In this document: positions 42,601 to 58,400 of the stretch, in pieces
How positions within the stretch are numbered: position 1 is the first letter of the stretch
Layout: each line of letters begins with the position of its first letter
Source of the DNA: the human T2T-CHM13v2.0 reference genome, Homo sapiens
Length of the DNA: 64,000 bases
Assembly (NCBI RefSeq): GCF_009914755.1
Contig: NC_060925.1
Reading direction: 5' to 3' (one strand)
Program-made: the position numbers and the translations under genes
The notes under the pieces: generated by a model
Told to the model about the DNA's origin: nothing
Databases searched by the model: none
The model's input: the letters and a program-made list of their open reading frames with translations, nothing else

Positions 42601-45600
42601 ACCATCATCAATTGGTATTGAATGGAATTGTCATCAAACGGAATTCAAAGGAATCATCATCAAATGGAACCGAATGGAATCCTCATTGAATGGAAATGAA
42701 AGGAGTCATCATCTAATGGAATCGCATGGAATCATCACCAAATGGAATCGAATGGAATCATCATCAAATGGAATCTAATGGAATCATTGAACGGAATTGA
42801 ATGGAATCGTCATCGAATGAATTGAATGCAACCAACGAATGGTCTCGAATGGAACCACCTCCAAATGGAATGGAATGGAATCATCGCATAGAATCGAATG
42901 GAATTATCATCGAATGGACTCGAATGGAATCAACATCAAACAGAATCAAACGGAATTATCGAATGGAATCGAAGAGAATCATCGAATGCACTCGAATGGA
43001 ATCATCTAATGGAATGGAATGGAAGAATCCATGGTCTCGAATGCAATCATCATCGAATGGAATCGAATGGAATCATCGAATGGACTCGAATGGAATAATC
43101 ATTGAATGGAATCGAATCGAAGCATCATCGGATGGAAACGAATGGAATCATCAAATGGAATCAGATGGAATCATCATCAAATGGAATCGAATAGAATTAT
43201 GGAATGAAATCCATTGTGATCATCATCGAATGGACTCGAATGGAATCATCATCCAATGGAAACTAATGGAATCAACATCGAATGGAATCGAATGGAAACT
43301 CCATCGAATTGAAACGAATGGAATTATCATGAAATTGAAATGGATGGACTCATCATCGAATGGATTCGAATGGAATCATCGAATGAAATTGATTGAAATC
43401 ATCATCAAATGGAATCGAATGGAATCATTGAATGGAATCGAATGGAATCATCATCAGATGGAAATGAATGGAATCATCATAGAATGGAATCGAATGGATT
43501 CATTGAATGGAATCAGATGGAATCATCAAATGGACTTGAATGGAATCATTGAATGGACTCGAATGGAATCATTATTGAATGGAATTGAATGGAATCATCG
43601 AATGGTCTCGAATGGAATCATTATCAAATGGAATGGAATGGAATCACCGAATAGAATCGAATGGAACAATCATCGAATGGACTCAAATGGAATTATCCTG
43701 AAATGGAATCGAATGGAATTATCGAATGAAATCGAATGGAATAATCGAAAGCAATCGAATAGAATCATCGAATGGACTTGAAAGGAATCATCGATTGAAA
43801 TGGAATGGAATAGTCAATGAACTCGAATGGAATCATCATTGAATGGAATCATCGAGTGGAATCGAATGGAATGATGATCAAATGGAATCGAAAGTAATCA
43901 TCATCAAATGGAATCAAAAATAACCATCATCAATTGGTATTGAATGGAATTGTCATCAAACTGAATTCAAAGGAATCATCATCAAATGGAACCGAATGGA
44001 ATCCTCATTCAATGGAAATGAAAGGAGTCATCATGTAATGGAATCGCATGGAATCGTCATGAAATGGAATCGAATGGAATCATCATCAAATGTAATCTAA
44101 TGGAATCATTGAACGGAATTGAACGGAATCGTCATCGAATGAATTGAATGCAATCATGGAATGGTCTCGAATGGAACCACCTCCAAATGGAATGGAATGG
44201 AATCATCGCATAGAATCGAATGGAATTATCATCGAATGGACTCGAATGGAATCAACATCAAACGGAATCAAACGGAATTATCGAATGGAATCGAAGAGAA
44301 TCATTGAACGGACACGAATGGAATCGTCTAATGGAATGGAATGGAAGAATCCATGGACTCGAATGCAATCATCATCGAATGGAATCGAATGTAATCATCG
44401 AAAGGACTCGAATGGAATAATCATTGAACGGAATCGAATGGAATCATCATCGGATGGAAACGAATGGAATCATCATCGAATGGAATCGAATGGGATCATC
44501 AAATGGAATCAGATGGAATCATCATCAAATGGAATCGAATAGAATTATGGAATGAAATCCAATGTGATCATCATCGAATGAACTCGAATGGAATCATCAT
44601 CCAATGGAAACTAATGGAATCAACATCGAATGGAATCGAATGGAAACTCCATCGAATTGAAACGAATGGAATTATCATGAAATTGAAATGGATGGACTCA
44701 TCATCGAATGGATTCGAATGGAATCATCGAATGAAATTGATTGAAATCATCATCAAATGGAATCGAAAGGAATCATTGAATGGAATCGAATGGAATCATC
44801 AACAGTTGGAAATGAATGGAATCATCATAGAATGGAATCGAATGGATTCATTGAATGGAATCAGATGGAATCATCGAATGGACTTGAATGGAATCGTTGA
44901 ATGGACTCGAATGGAATCATTATTGAATGGAATTGAATAGAATCATCGAATGGTCTCGAATGGAATCATTATCAAATGAAGTCGAATGGAATCACCGAAT
45001 AGAATGGAATGGAACAATCATCGAATGGACTCAAATGGAATTATCCTCAAATGGAATCAAATGGATTTATCGAATGCAATCGAATGGAATTATCGAATGC
45101 AATCGAATAGAATCATCGAATGGACTCGAATGTAATCATCGAATGGAATGCAATGGATTAATCCATGGACTCGAATTCAATCACCATCGAATAAAATCGA
45201 ATGGAGTCATCGAATCGACTCAAATGGAATAATCATTGAATGGAATCGAATGGAATCATCGAGTGGAATCGAAAGTAATCATCATCAAATGGAATCAAAA
45301 ATAAACATCATCAATTGGTATTGAATGGAATTGTCATCAAATGGAATTCAAAGGAATCATCATCAAATTGAACCGAATGGAATCCTCATTGAATGGAAAT
45401 GAAAGGAGTCATCAGCTAATGGAATCGCATGGAATCATCATCAAATGGAATCGAATGGAATCATCATCAAATGGAATCTAATGGACTCATTGAACGGAAT
45501 TGAATGGAATCGTCATCGAATGAATTGAATGCAATCAACGAATGGTCTCGAATGGAACCATCTCCAAATGGAATGGAATGGAATCATCGCATAGAATCGA

Positions 45601-48600
45601 ATGGAATTATCATCGAATGGACTCGAATGGAATCAACATAAAACGGAATCAAACGGAATTATCGAATGGAATCGAAGAGAATCATCGAACGGATTCGAAT
45701 GGAATCCTCTAATGGAATGGAATGGAGGAATCCATGGACTCGAATGCAATCATCATCGAATGGAATCGAATGGAATCATCGAATGGACTCGAATGGAATA
45801 ATCATTGAACGGAATCGAATGAAATCATCATCGGATGGAAACGAATGGAATCATCATCGAATGGAATCGAATGGGATCATCAAATGGAATCAGATGGAAT
45901 CATCATCAAACGGAATCGAATGGAATTATGGAATGAAATCCAATGTGATCATCATGGAATGGACTCGAATGGAATCATCATCCAATGGAAACTAATGGAA
46001 TCAACATCGAATGGAATCGAATGGAAACTCCATCGAATTGAAACGAATGGAATTATCATGAAATTGAAATGGATGGACTCATCATCGAATGGATTCGAAT
46101 GGAATCATCGAATGAAATTGACTGAAATCATCATCAAATGGAATCGAAAGGAATCATTGAATGGAATCGAATGGAATCATCATCAGATGGAAATGAATGG
46201 AATCATCATAGAATGGAATCGCATGGATTCATTGAATGGAATCAGATGGAATCATCGAATGGACTTGAATGGAATCGTTGAATGGACTCCAATGGAATCA
46301 TTATTGAATAGAATCATCGAATGGTCTCGAATGGAATCACTATCAAATGAAGTCGAATGGAATCACCGAATAGAATCGAATGGGACAATCATCGAATGGA
46401 CTCAAATGGAATTATCCTCAAATGGAATCAAATGGATTTATCGAATGCAATCGAATGGAATTATCGAATGCAATCGAATAGAATCATCGAATGGACTCGA
46501 ATGGAATCATCGAATGGAATGCAATGGATTAATCCATGGACTCGAATTCAATCACCATCGAATACAATCGAATGGAGTCATTGAATCGACTCAAATGGAA
46601 TAATCATTGAATGGAATCGAATGGAATCATCGAGTGGAATCGAATGGAATCATGATCAAATGGAATCGAATGTAATCATCATCAAATGGAATCAAAAATA
46701 AACATCATCAATTGGTATTGAATGGAATTGTCATCAAATGGAATTCAAAGGAATCATCATCAAATTGAACCGAATGGAATCCTCATTGAATGGAAATGAA
46801 AGGAGTCATCATCTAATGGAATCGCATGGAATCATCATCAAATGGAATCGAATGGAATCATCATCAAATGGAATCTAATGGAATCATTGAACAGAATTGA
46901 ATGGAATCGTCATCAAATGAATTGAATGCAATCAACGAATGGTCTCGAATGGAACCACCTCCAAATGGAATGGAATGGAATCATCGCATAGAATCGAATG
47001 GAATTATCATCGAATGGACTCGAATGAAATCAACATCAAACGGAATCACACGGAATTATCGAATGGAATCGAAGAGAATCATGGATTGGACTCGAATGGA
47101 ATCATCTAATGGAATGGAATGGAAGAATCCATGGACTCGAATGCAATCATCATCGAATGGAATCGAATGGAATCATCGAATGGACTCGAATGGAATAATC
47201 ATTGAACGGAATCGAATGGAATCATCATCGGATGGAAACGAATGGAATCATCAAATGGAATCAGATGGAATCATCATCAAGTGGAATCGAATAGAATTAT
47301 GGAATGAAATCCATTGTGATCATCATCAAATGGACTCGAATGGAATCATCATCCAATGGAAACTAATGGAATCAACATCGACTGGAATCGAATGGAAACA
47401 CCATCGAATTGAAACGAATGGATTTATCATGAAATTGAAATGGATGGACTCATCGAATGGATTCGAATGGAATCATCGAATGAAATTGATTGAAATCATC
47501 ATCAAATGGAATCGAATGGAATCATTGAATGGAATCGAATGGAATCATCATCAGATGGAAATGAATGCAATCATCATAGAATGGAATCGAGTGGATTCAT
47601 TGAATGGAATCAGATGGAATCATCGAATGGACTTGAATGGAATCATTGAATGGACTCGAATGGAATCATTATTGAATGGAATTGAATGGAATCATCGAAT
47701 GGTCTCGAATGGAATCATTATCAAATGGAATCGAATGGAATCACCGAATAGAATCGAATGGAACAATCATCGAATGGACTCAAATGGAATTATCCTCAAA
47801 TGGAATCGAATGGAATTATCGAATGCAATCGAATGGAATAATCGAATGCAATCAAATAGAATCATCGAATGGACTTGAAAGGAATCATCGAATGAAATGG
47901 AATGGAATAGTCAATGAACTCGAATGGAATCATCATTGAATGGAATCATCGAGTGGAATCGAATGGAATCATGATCAAATGGAATCGAAAGTAATCATCA
48001 TCAAATGGAATCAAAAATAACCATCATCAATTGGTATTGAATGGAATTGTCTTCAAACGGAATTCAAAGGAATCATCATCAAATGGAACCGAATGGAATC
48101 CTCATTGAATGGAAATGAAAGGAGTCATCATCTAATGGAATCGCATGGAATCATCATCAAATGGAATCGAATGGAATCATCGCCAATGGAATATAACGGA
48201 AGCCTTGAACGGAATTGAATGGAATCGTCATCGAATGAATTGAATGCAATCAACGAATGGTCTCGAATGGAGCCATCTCCAAATGGAATGGAATGGAATC
48301 ATTGCATAGAATCGAATGGAATTATCATCGAATGGACTCGAATGGAATCAACATCAAACGGAATCAAACGGAATTATCGAATGGAATCGAAGAGAATCAT
48401 CGAACGGACTCGAATGGAATCATCTAATGGAATGGAATGGAAGAATTCATGGACTCGAATGCAATCATCATCGAATGGAATCGAATGGAATCATCGAATG
48501 GACTCGAATGGAATAATCATTGAACGGAATCGAATGGAATCATCATCGGATGGAAACGAATGGAATCATCATCGAATGGAATCGAATGGGATCATCAAAT

Positions 48601-49429
48601 GGAATCAGATGGAATCATCATCAAATGGAATCGAATAGAATTATGGAATGAAATCCAATGTGATCATCATTGAATGGACTCGAATGGAATCATCATCCAA
48701 TGGAAACTAATGGAATCAACATCGAATGCAATCGAATGGAAACACCATCGAATTGAAACGAATGGAATTATCATGAAATTGAAATGGATGGACTCATCAT
48801 CGAATGGATTCGAATGGAATCATCGAATGAAATTGATTGAAATCATCATCAAATGGAATCGAAAGGAATCATTGAATGGAATCGAATGGAATCATCATCA
48901 GATGGAAATGAATGGAATCATCATAGAATGGAATCGCAGGGATTCATTGAATGGAATCAGATGGAATCATCGAATGGACTTGAATGGAATCGTTGAATGG
49001 ACTCGAATGGAATCATTATTGAATGGAATTGAATAGAATCATCGAATGGTCTCGAATGGAATCATTATCAAATGAAGTCGAATGGAATCACCGAATAGAA
49101 TCGAATGGAACAATCATCGAATGGACTCAAATGGAATTATCCTCAAATGGAATCAAATGGATTTATCAAATGCAATCGAATGGAATTATCGAATGCAATC
49201 GAATAGAATCATCGAATGGACTCGAATGGAATCATCGAATGGAATGCAATGGATTAATCCATGGACTCGAATTCAATCACCATCGAATACAATCGAATGG
49301 AGTCATCGAATCGACTCAAGTGGAATAATCATTGAATGGAATCGAATGGAATCATCGAGTGGAATCGAATGGAATCATGATGAAATGGAATCGAATGTAA
49401 TCATCATCAAATGGAATCAAAAATAAACA

Positions 49430-52400
49430 TCATCAATAGGTATTGAATGGAATTGTCATCAAACGGAATTCAAAGGAATCATCATCAAATGGAACCGAAT
49501 GGAATCCTCATTGAATGGAAATGAAAGGAGTCATCATCTAATGGAATCGCATGGAATCATCATCAAATGGAATCGAATGGAATCATCATCAAATGGAATC
49601 TAATGGAATCATTGAACGGAATTGAATGGAATCGTCATCGAATGAATTCAATGCAATCAACGAATGGTCTCGAATGGAACCACCTCCAAATGGAATGGAA
49701 TGGAATCATCGCATACAATCGAATGGAATTATCATCGAATGGACTCGAATGGAATCAACATCAAACGGAATCAAACGGAATTATCGAATGGAATCGAAGA
49801 GAATCATCGAACGGACTCGAATGGAATCATCTAATGGAATGGAATGGAAGAATCCATGGACTCGAATGCAATCATCATCGAATGGAATCGAATGGAATCA
49901 TCGAATGGACTCGAATGGAATAATCATTGAACGGAATCGAATGAATCATCATCGGATGGAAACGAATGGAATCATCATCGAATGGAATCGAATGGGATCA
50001 TCAAATGGAATCAGATGGAATCATCATCAAATGGAATCGAATAGAATTATGGAATGAAATCCAATGTGATCATCATTGAATGGACTCGAATGGAATCATC
50101 ATCCAATGGAAACTAATGGAATCAACATCGAATGGAATCGAATGGAAACACCATCGAATTGAAACGAATGGAATTATCATGAAATTGAAATGGATGGACT
50201 CATCATCGAATGGATTCGAATGGAATCATCGAATGAAATTGATTGAAATCATCATCAAATGGAATCGAAAGGAATCATTGAATGGAATCGAATGGAATCA
50301 TCATCAGATGGAAATGAATGGAATCATCACAGAATGGAATCGCATGGATTCATTGAATGGAATCAGATGGAGTCATCGAATGGGCTTGAATGGAATCGTT
50401 GAATGGACTCGAATGGAATCATTATGGAATGGAATTGAATAGAATCATCGAATGGTCTCGAATGGAATCATTATCAAATGGAATCGAATGGAATCACCGA
50501 ATAGAATCGAATGGAACAATCATCGAATGGACTCAAATGGAATTATCCTCAAATGGAATCAAATGGATTTATCGAATGCAATTGAATGGAATTATCGAAT
50601 GCAATCGAATAGAATCATCGAATGGACTCGAATGGAATCATCGAGTGGAATGCAATGGATTAATCCATGGACTCGAATTCAATCACCATCGAATACAATC
50701 GAATGGAGTCATCGAATCGACTCAAATGGAATAATTATTGAATGGAATCGAATGGAATCATCGAGTGGAATCGAATGGAATCATGATCAAATGGAATCGA
50801 ATGTAATCATCATCAAATTGAATCAAAAATAAACATCATCAATAGGTATTGAATGGAATTGTCATCAAACGGAATTCAAAGGAATCACCATCAAATGGAA
50901 CCGAATGGAATCCTCATTGAATGGAAATGAAAGGAGTCATCATCTAATGGAATCGCATGGAATCATCATCAAATGGAATCGAATGGAATCATCATCAAAT
51001 GGAATCTAATGGAATCATTGAACGTAATTGAATGGAATCGTCATCGAATGAATTGAATGCAATCAACGAATGGTCTCGAATGGAACCACCTCCAAATGGA
51101 ATGGAATGGAATCATCGCATAGAATCGAATGGAATTATAATCGAATGGACTCGAATGGAATCAACATCAAACGGAATCAAACGGAATTATCGAATGGAAT
51201 CGAAGAGAATCATCGAATGGACTCGAATGGAATCATCTAATGGAATGGAATGGAAGAATCCATGGTCTCGAATGCAATCATCATCGAATGGAATCGAATG
51301 GAATCATTGAATGGACTCGAATGGAATAATCATTGAATGGAATCGAATGGAATCATCATCGGATGGAAACGAATGGAATCATCAAATGGAATCAGATGGA
51401 ATCATCATCAAATGGAATCGAATAGAATTATGGAATGAAATCCATTGTGATCATCATCGAATGGACTCGAATGGAATCATCATCCATTGGAAACTAATGG
51501 AATCAACATCGAATGGAATCGAATGGAAACTCCATCGAATTGAAACGAATGGAATTATCATGAAATTGAAATGGATGGACTCATCATCGAATGGATTCGA
51601 ATGGAATCATCGAATGAAATTGATTGAAATCCTCATCAAATGGAATCGAATGGAACCATTGAATGGAATCGAATGGAATCATCATCAGATGTAAATGAAT
51701 GGAATCATCATAGAATGGAATCGAGTGGATTCATTGAATGGAATCAGATGGAATCATCGAATGGACTTGAATGGAATCATTGAATGGACTCGAATGGAAT
51801 CATTATTGAATGGAATTGAATGGAATCATCGAATGGTCTCGAATGGAATCATTATCAAATGGAATCGAATGGAATCACCGAATAGAATCGAATGGAACAA
51901 TCATCGAATGGACTCAAATGGAATTATCCTCAAATGGAATCGAATGGAATTATCGAATGCAATCGAATGGAATAATCGAATGCAATCGAATAGAATCATC
52001 GAATGGACTTGAAAGGAATCATCGATTGAAATGGAATGGAATAGTCAATGAACTCGAATGGAATCATCATTGAATGGAATCATCGAGTGGAATCGAATGG
52101 AATCATGATCAAATGGAATCGAAAGTAATCATCATCAAATGGAATCAAAAATTACCATCATCAATTGGTACTGAATGGAATTGTCATCAAACGGAATTCA
52201 AAGGAATCATCATCAAATGGAACCGAATGGAATCCTCATTGAATGGAAATGAAAGGAGTCATCATCTAATGGAATCGCATGGAATCATCATCAAATGGAA
52301 TCGAATGGAATCATCGCCAATGGAATATAACGGAAGCATTGAACGGAATTGAATGGAATCATTATCGAATGAATTGAATGCAATCAACGAATGGTGTCGA

Positions 52401-55400
52401 ATGGAGCCATCTCCAAATGGAATGGAATGGAATCATTGCATAGAATCGAATGGAATTATCATCGAATGGACTCGAATGGAATCAACATCAAACGGAATCA
52501 AACGGAATTATCGAATGGAATTGAAGAGAATCATCGAACGGACTCGAATGGAATCATCTAATGGAATGGAATGGAAGAATTCATGGACTCGAATGCAGTC
52601 ATCATCGAATGGAATCGAATGGAATCATCGAATGGACTCGAATGGAATAATCATTGAACGGAATCGAATGGAATCATCATCGGATGGAAACGAATGGAAT
52701 CATCATCGAATGGAATCGAATGGGATCATCAAATGGAATCAGATGGAATCATCATCAAATGGAATCGAATAGAATTATGGAATGAAATCCAATGTGATCA
52801 TCATGGAATGGACTCGAATGGAATCATCATCCAATGGAAACTAATGGAATCAACATCGAATGGAATCGAATGGAAACACCATCGAATTGAAACGAATGGA
52901 ATTATCATGAAATTGAAATGGATGGACTCATCATCGAATGGATTCGAATGGAATCATCGAATGAAATTGATTGAAATCATCATCAAATGGAATCGAAAGG
53001 AATCACTGAATGGAATCGAATGGAATCATCATCAGATGGGAATGAATGGAATCATCATAGAATGGAATCGCATGGATTCATTGAATGGAATCAGATGGAA
53101 TCATCGAATGGGCTTGAATGGAATCGTTGAATGGACTCGAATGGAATCATTATGGAATGGAATTGAATAGAATCATTGAATGGTCTCGAATGGAATCATT
53201 ATCAAATGAAGTCGAATGGAATCACCGAATAGAATCGAATGGAACAATCATCGAATGGACTCAAATGGAATTATCCTCAAATGGCATCAAATGGATTTAT
53301 CGAATGCAATCGAATGGAATTATCGAATGCAATCGAATAGAATCATCGAATGGACTCGAATGGAATCATCGAATGGAATGCAATGGATTAATCCATGGAC
53401 TCGAATTCAATCACCATCGAATACAATCGAATGGAGTCATCGAATCGACCCAAATGGAATAATCATTGAATGGAATCGAATGGAATCATCGAGTGGAATC
53501 GAATGGAATCATGATCAAATGGAATCGAATGTAATCGTCATCAAATGGAATCAAAAATAAACATCATCAATTGGTATTGAATGGAATTGTCATCAAATGG
53601 AATTCAAAGGAATCATCATCAAATGGAACCGAATGGAATCCTCATTGAATGGAAATGAACGGAGTCATCATCTAATAGAATCGCATGGAATCATCATCAA
53701 ATGGAATCGAATGGAAGCATTGAACGGAATTGAATGGAATCGTCATCGAATGAATTGAATGCAATCAACAAATGGTCTCGAATGGAACCACCTCCAAATG
53801 GAATGGAATGGAATCATCGCATAGAATCGAATGGAATTATAATCGAATGGACTCGAATGGAATTAACATCTAACGTAATCAAACGGAATTATCGAATGGA
53901 ATCGAAGAGAATCATCGAATGGACTCGAATGGAATCATCCAATGGAATGGAATGGAAGAATCCATGGTCTCGAATGCAATCATCATCGAATGGAATCGAA
54001 TGGAATCATTGAATGGACTCGAATGGAATAATCATTGAACGGAATCGAATGGAATCATCATCGGATGGAAAGGAATGGAATCATCATCGAATGGAATCGA
54101 ATGGGATCATCAAATGGAATCAGATGGAATCATCATCAAATGGAATCGAATAGAATTATGGAATGAAATCCATTGTGATCATCATCGAATGGACTCGAAT
54201 GGAATCATCATGCAATGGAAACTAATGGAATCAACATCGAATGGAATCGAATGGAAACACCATCGAATTGAAACGAATGGAATTATCATGAAATTGAAAT
54301 GGATGGACTCATCATCGAATGGATTCGAATGGAATCATCGAATGAAATTGATTGAAATCATCATCAAATGGAATCGAATGGAATCATTGAATGGAATCGA
54401 ATGGAATCATCATGAGATGGAAATGAATGGAATCATCATAGAATGGAATCGAATGGATTCATTGAATGGAATCAGATGGAATCATCGAATGGACTTGAAT
54501 GGAATCATTGAATGGACTCGAATGGAATCATTATTGAATGGAATTGAATGGAATCATCGAATGGTCTCGAATGGAATCATTATCAAATGGAATCGAATGG
54601 AATCCCCAAATAGAATCGAATGGAACAATCATCGAATGGACTCAAATGGAATTATCCTCAAATGGAATCGAATGGAATTATCGAATGCAATCGAATGGAA
54701 TAATCGAATGCAATCGAATAGAATCATCGAATGGACTTGAAAGGAATCATCGATTGAAATGGAATGGAATAGTCAATGAACTCGAATGGAATCATCATTG
54801 AATGGAATCATCGAGTGGAATCGAATGGAATCATGATCAAATGGAATCGAATGTAATCATCATCAAATGGAATCAAAAATAAACATCATCAATTGGTATT
54901 GAATGGAATTGTCATCAAATGGAATTCAAAGGAATCATCATCAAATGGAACCGAATGGAATCCTCATTGAATGGAAATGAAAGGAGTCATCATCTAATGG
55001 AATCGCATGGAATCATCATCAAATGGAATCGAATGGAATCATCATCAAATGGAATCTAATGGAATCATTGAAAGGAATTGAATGGAATGGTCATCGAATG
55101 AATTGAATGCAATCAACGAATGGTCTCGAATGGAACCACCTCCAAATGGAAAGGAATGGAATCATCGCATAGAATCGAATGGAATTATCATTGAATGGAC
55201 TCGAATGGAATCAACATCAAACGGAATCAAACGGAATTATCGAATGGAATCGAAGAGAATCATCGAACGGACTCGAATGGAATCATCTAATGGAATGGAA
55301 TGGAAGAATTCATGGACTCGAATGCAGTCATCATCGAATGGAATCGAATGGAATCATCGAATGGACTCGAATGGAATAATCATTGAACGGAATCGAATGG

Positions 55401-58400
55401 AATCATCATCGGATGGAAACGAATGGAATCATCATCGAATGGAATCGAATGGGATCATCAAATGGAATCAGATGGAATCATCATCAAATGGAATCGAATA
55501 GAATTATGGAATGAAATCCAATGTGATCATCATTGAATGGACTCGAATGGAATCATCATCCAATGGAAACTAATGGAATCAACATCGAATGGAATCGAAT
55601 GGAAACACCATCGAATTGAAACGAATGGAATTATCATGAAATTGAAATGGATGGACTCATCATCGAATGGATTCGAATGGAATCATCGAATGAAATTGAT
55701 TGAAATCATCATCAAATGGAATCGAAAGGAATCATTGAATGGAATCGAATGGAATCATCATCAGATGGAAATGAATGGAATCATCATAGAATGGAATCGC
55801 ATGGATTCATTGAATGGAATCAGATGGAATCATCGAATGGACTTGAATGGAATCGTTGAATGGACTCGAATGGAATCATTATTGAATGGAATTGAATAGA
55901 ATCATCGAATGGTCTCGAATGGAATCATTATCAAATGAAGTCGAATGGAATCACCGAATAGAATCGAATGGAACAATCATCGAATGGACTCAAATGGAAT
56001 TATCCTCAAATGGAATCAAATGGATTTATCGAATGCAATCGAATGGAATTATCGAATGCAATCGAATAGAATCATCGAATGGACTCGAATGGAATCATCG
56101 AATGGAATGCAATGGATTAATCCATGGACTCGAATTCAATCACCATCGAATACAATCGAATGGAGTCATCGATTCGACTCAAATGGAATAATCATTGAAT
56201 GGAATCGAATGGAATCATCGAGTGGAATCGAATGGAATCATGATCAAATGGAATCGAATGTATTCATCATCAAATGGAATCAAAAATAAACATCATCAAT
56301 AGGTATTGAATGGAATTGTCATCAAACGGAATTCAAAGGAATCATCATCAAATGGAACCGAATGGAATCCTCATTGAATGGAAATGAAAGGAGTCATCAT
56401 CTAATGGAATCGCATGGAATCATCATCAAATGGAATCGAATGGAATCATCATCAAATGGAATCTAATGGAATCATTGAACGGAATTGAATGGAATCGTCA
56501 TCGAATGAATTCAATGCAATCAACGAATGGTCTCGAATGGAACCACCTCCAAATGGAATGGAATGGAATCATCGCATACAATCGAATGGAATTATCATCG
56601 AATGGACTCGAATGGAATCAACATCAAACGGAATCAAACGGAATTATCGAATGGAATCGAAGAGAATCATCGAACGGACTCGAATGGAATCATCTAATGG
56701 AATGGAATGGAAGAATCCATGGACTCGAATGCAATCATCATCGAATGGAATCGAATGGAATCATCGAATGGACTCGAATGGAATAATCATTGAACGGAAT
56801 CGAATGAATCATCATCGGATGGAAACGAATGGAATCATCATCGAATGGAATCGAATGGGATCATCAAATGGAATCAGATGGAATCATCATCAAATGGAAT
56901 CGAATAGAATTATGGAATGAAATCCAATGTGATCATCATTGAATGGACTCGAATGGAATCATCATCCAATGGAAACTAATGGAATCAACATCGAATGGAA
57001 TCGAATGGAAACACCATCGAATTGAAACGAATGGAATTATCATGAAATTGAAATGGATGGACTCATCATCGAATGGATTCGAATGGAATCATCGAATGAA
57101 ATTGATTGAAATCATCATCAAATGGAATCGAAAGGAATCATTGAATGGAATCGAATGGAATCATCATCAGATGGAGATGAATGGAATCATCATAGAATGG
57201 AATCGCATGGATTCATTGAATGGAATCAGATGGAATCATCGAATGGGCTTGAATGGAATCATTGAATGGACTCGAATGGAATCATTATGGAATGGAATTG
57301 AATAGAATCATCGAATGGTCTCGAATGGAATCATTATCAAATGGAATCGAATGGAATCACCGAATAGAATCGAATGGAACAATCATCGAATGGACTCAAA
57401 TGGAATTATCCTCAAATGGAATCAAATGGATTTATCGAATGCAATTGAATGGAATTATCGAATGCAATCGAATAGAATCATCGAATGGACTCGAATGGAA
57501 TCATCGAGTGGAATGCAATGGATTAATCCATGGACTCGAATTCAATCACCATCGAATAAAATCGAATGGAGTCATCGAATCGACTCAAATGGAATAATTA
57601 TTGAATGGAATCGAATGGAATCATCGAGTGGAATCGAATGGAATCATGATCAAATGGAATCGAATGTAATCATCATCAAATTGAATCAAAAATAAACATC
57701 ATCAATAGGTATTGAATGGAATTGTCATCAAACGGAATTCAAAGGAATCACCATCAAATGGAACCGAATGGAATCCTCATTGAATGGAAATGAAAGGAGT
57801 CATCATCTAATGGAATCGCATGGAATCATCATCAAATGGAATCGAATGGAATCATCATCAAATGGAATCTAATGGAATCATTGAACGGAATTGAATGGAA
57901 TCGTCATCGAATGAATTGAATGCAATCAACGAAGGGTCTCGAACGGAACCACCTCCAAATGGAATGGAATGGAATCATCGCATAGAATCGAATGGAATTA
58001 TAATCGAATGGACTCGAATGGAATCAACATCAAACGGAATCAAACGGAATTATCGAATGGAATCGAAGAGAATCATCGAATGGACTCGAATGGAATCATC
58101 TAATGGAATGGAATGGAAGAATCCATGGTCTCGAATGCAATCATCATCGAATGGAATCGAATGGAATCATTGAATGGACTCGAATGGAATAATCATTGAA
58201 TGGAATCGAATGGAATCATCATCGGATGGAAACGAATGGAATCATCAAATGGAATCAGATGGAATCATCATCAAATGGAATCGAATAGAATTATGGAATG
58301 AAATCCATTGTGATCATCATCGAATGGACTCGAATGGAATCATCATCCAATGGAAACTAATGGAATCAACATCGAATGGAATCGAATGGAAACTCCATCG

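Noticed and set aside
41420-42601. 393-aa ORF and other long ORFs (313-346 aa at 5998, 25404, 31843, 40099, 42801, 46901)
   Set aside because: The MES/NGI/EWN low-complexity peptides are the direct translation of GGAAT-based repeats. Length depends only on whether the 26-bp block shifts the frame. Equivalent ORFs are broken in neighbouring monomers, and no domain or gene structure is recognisable.
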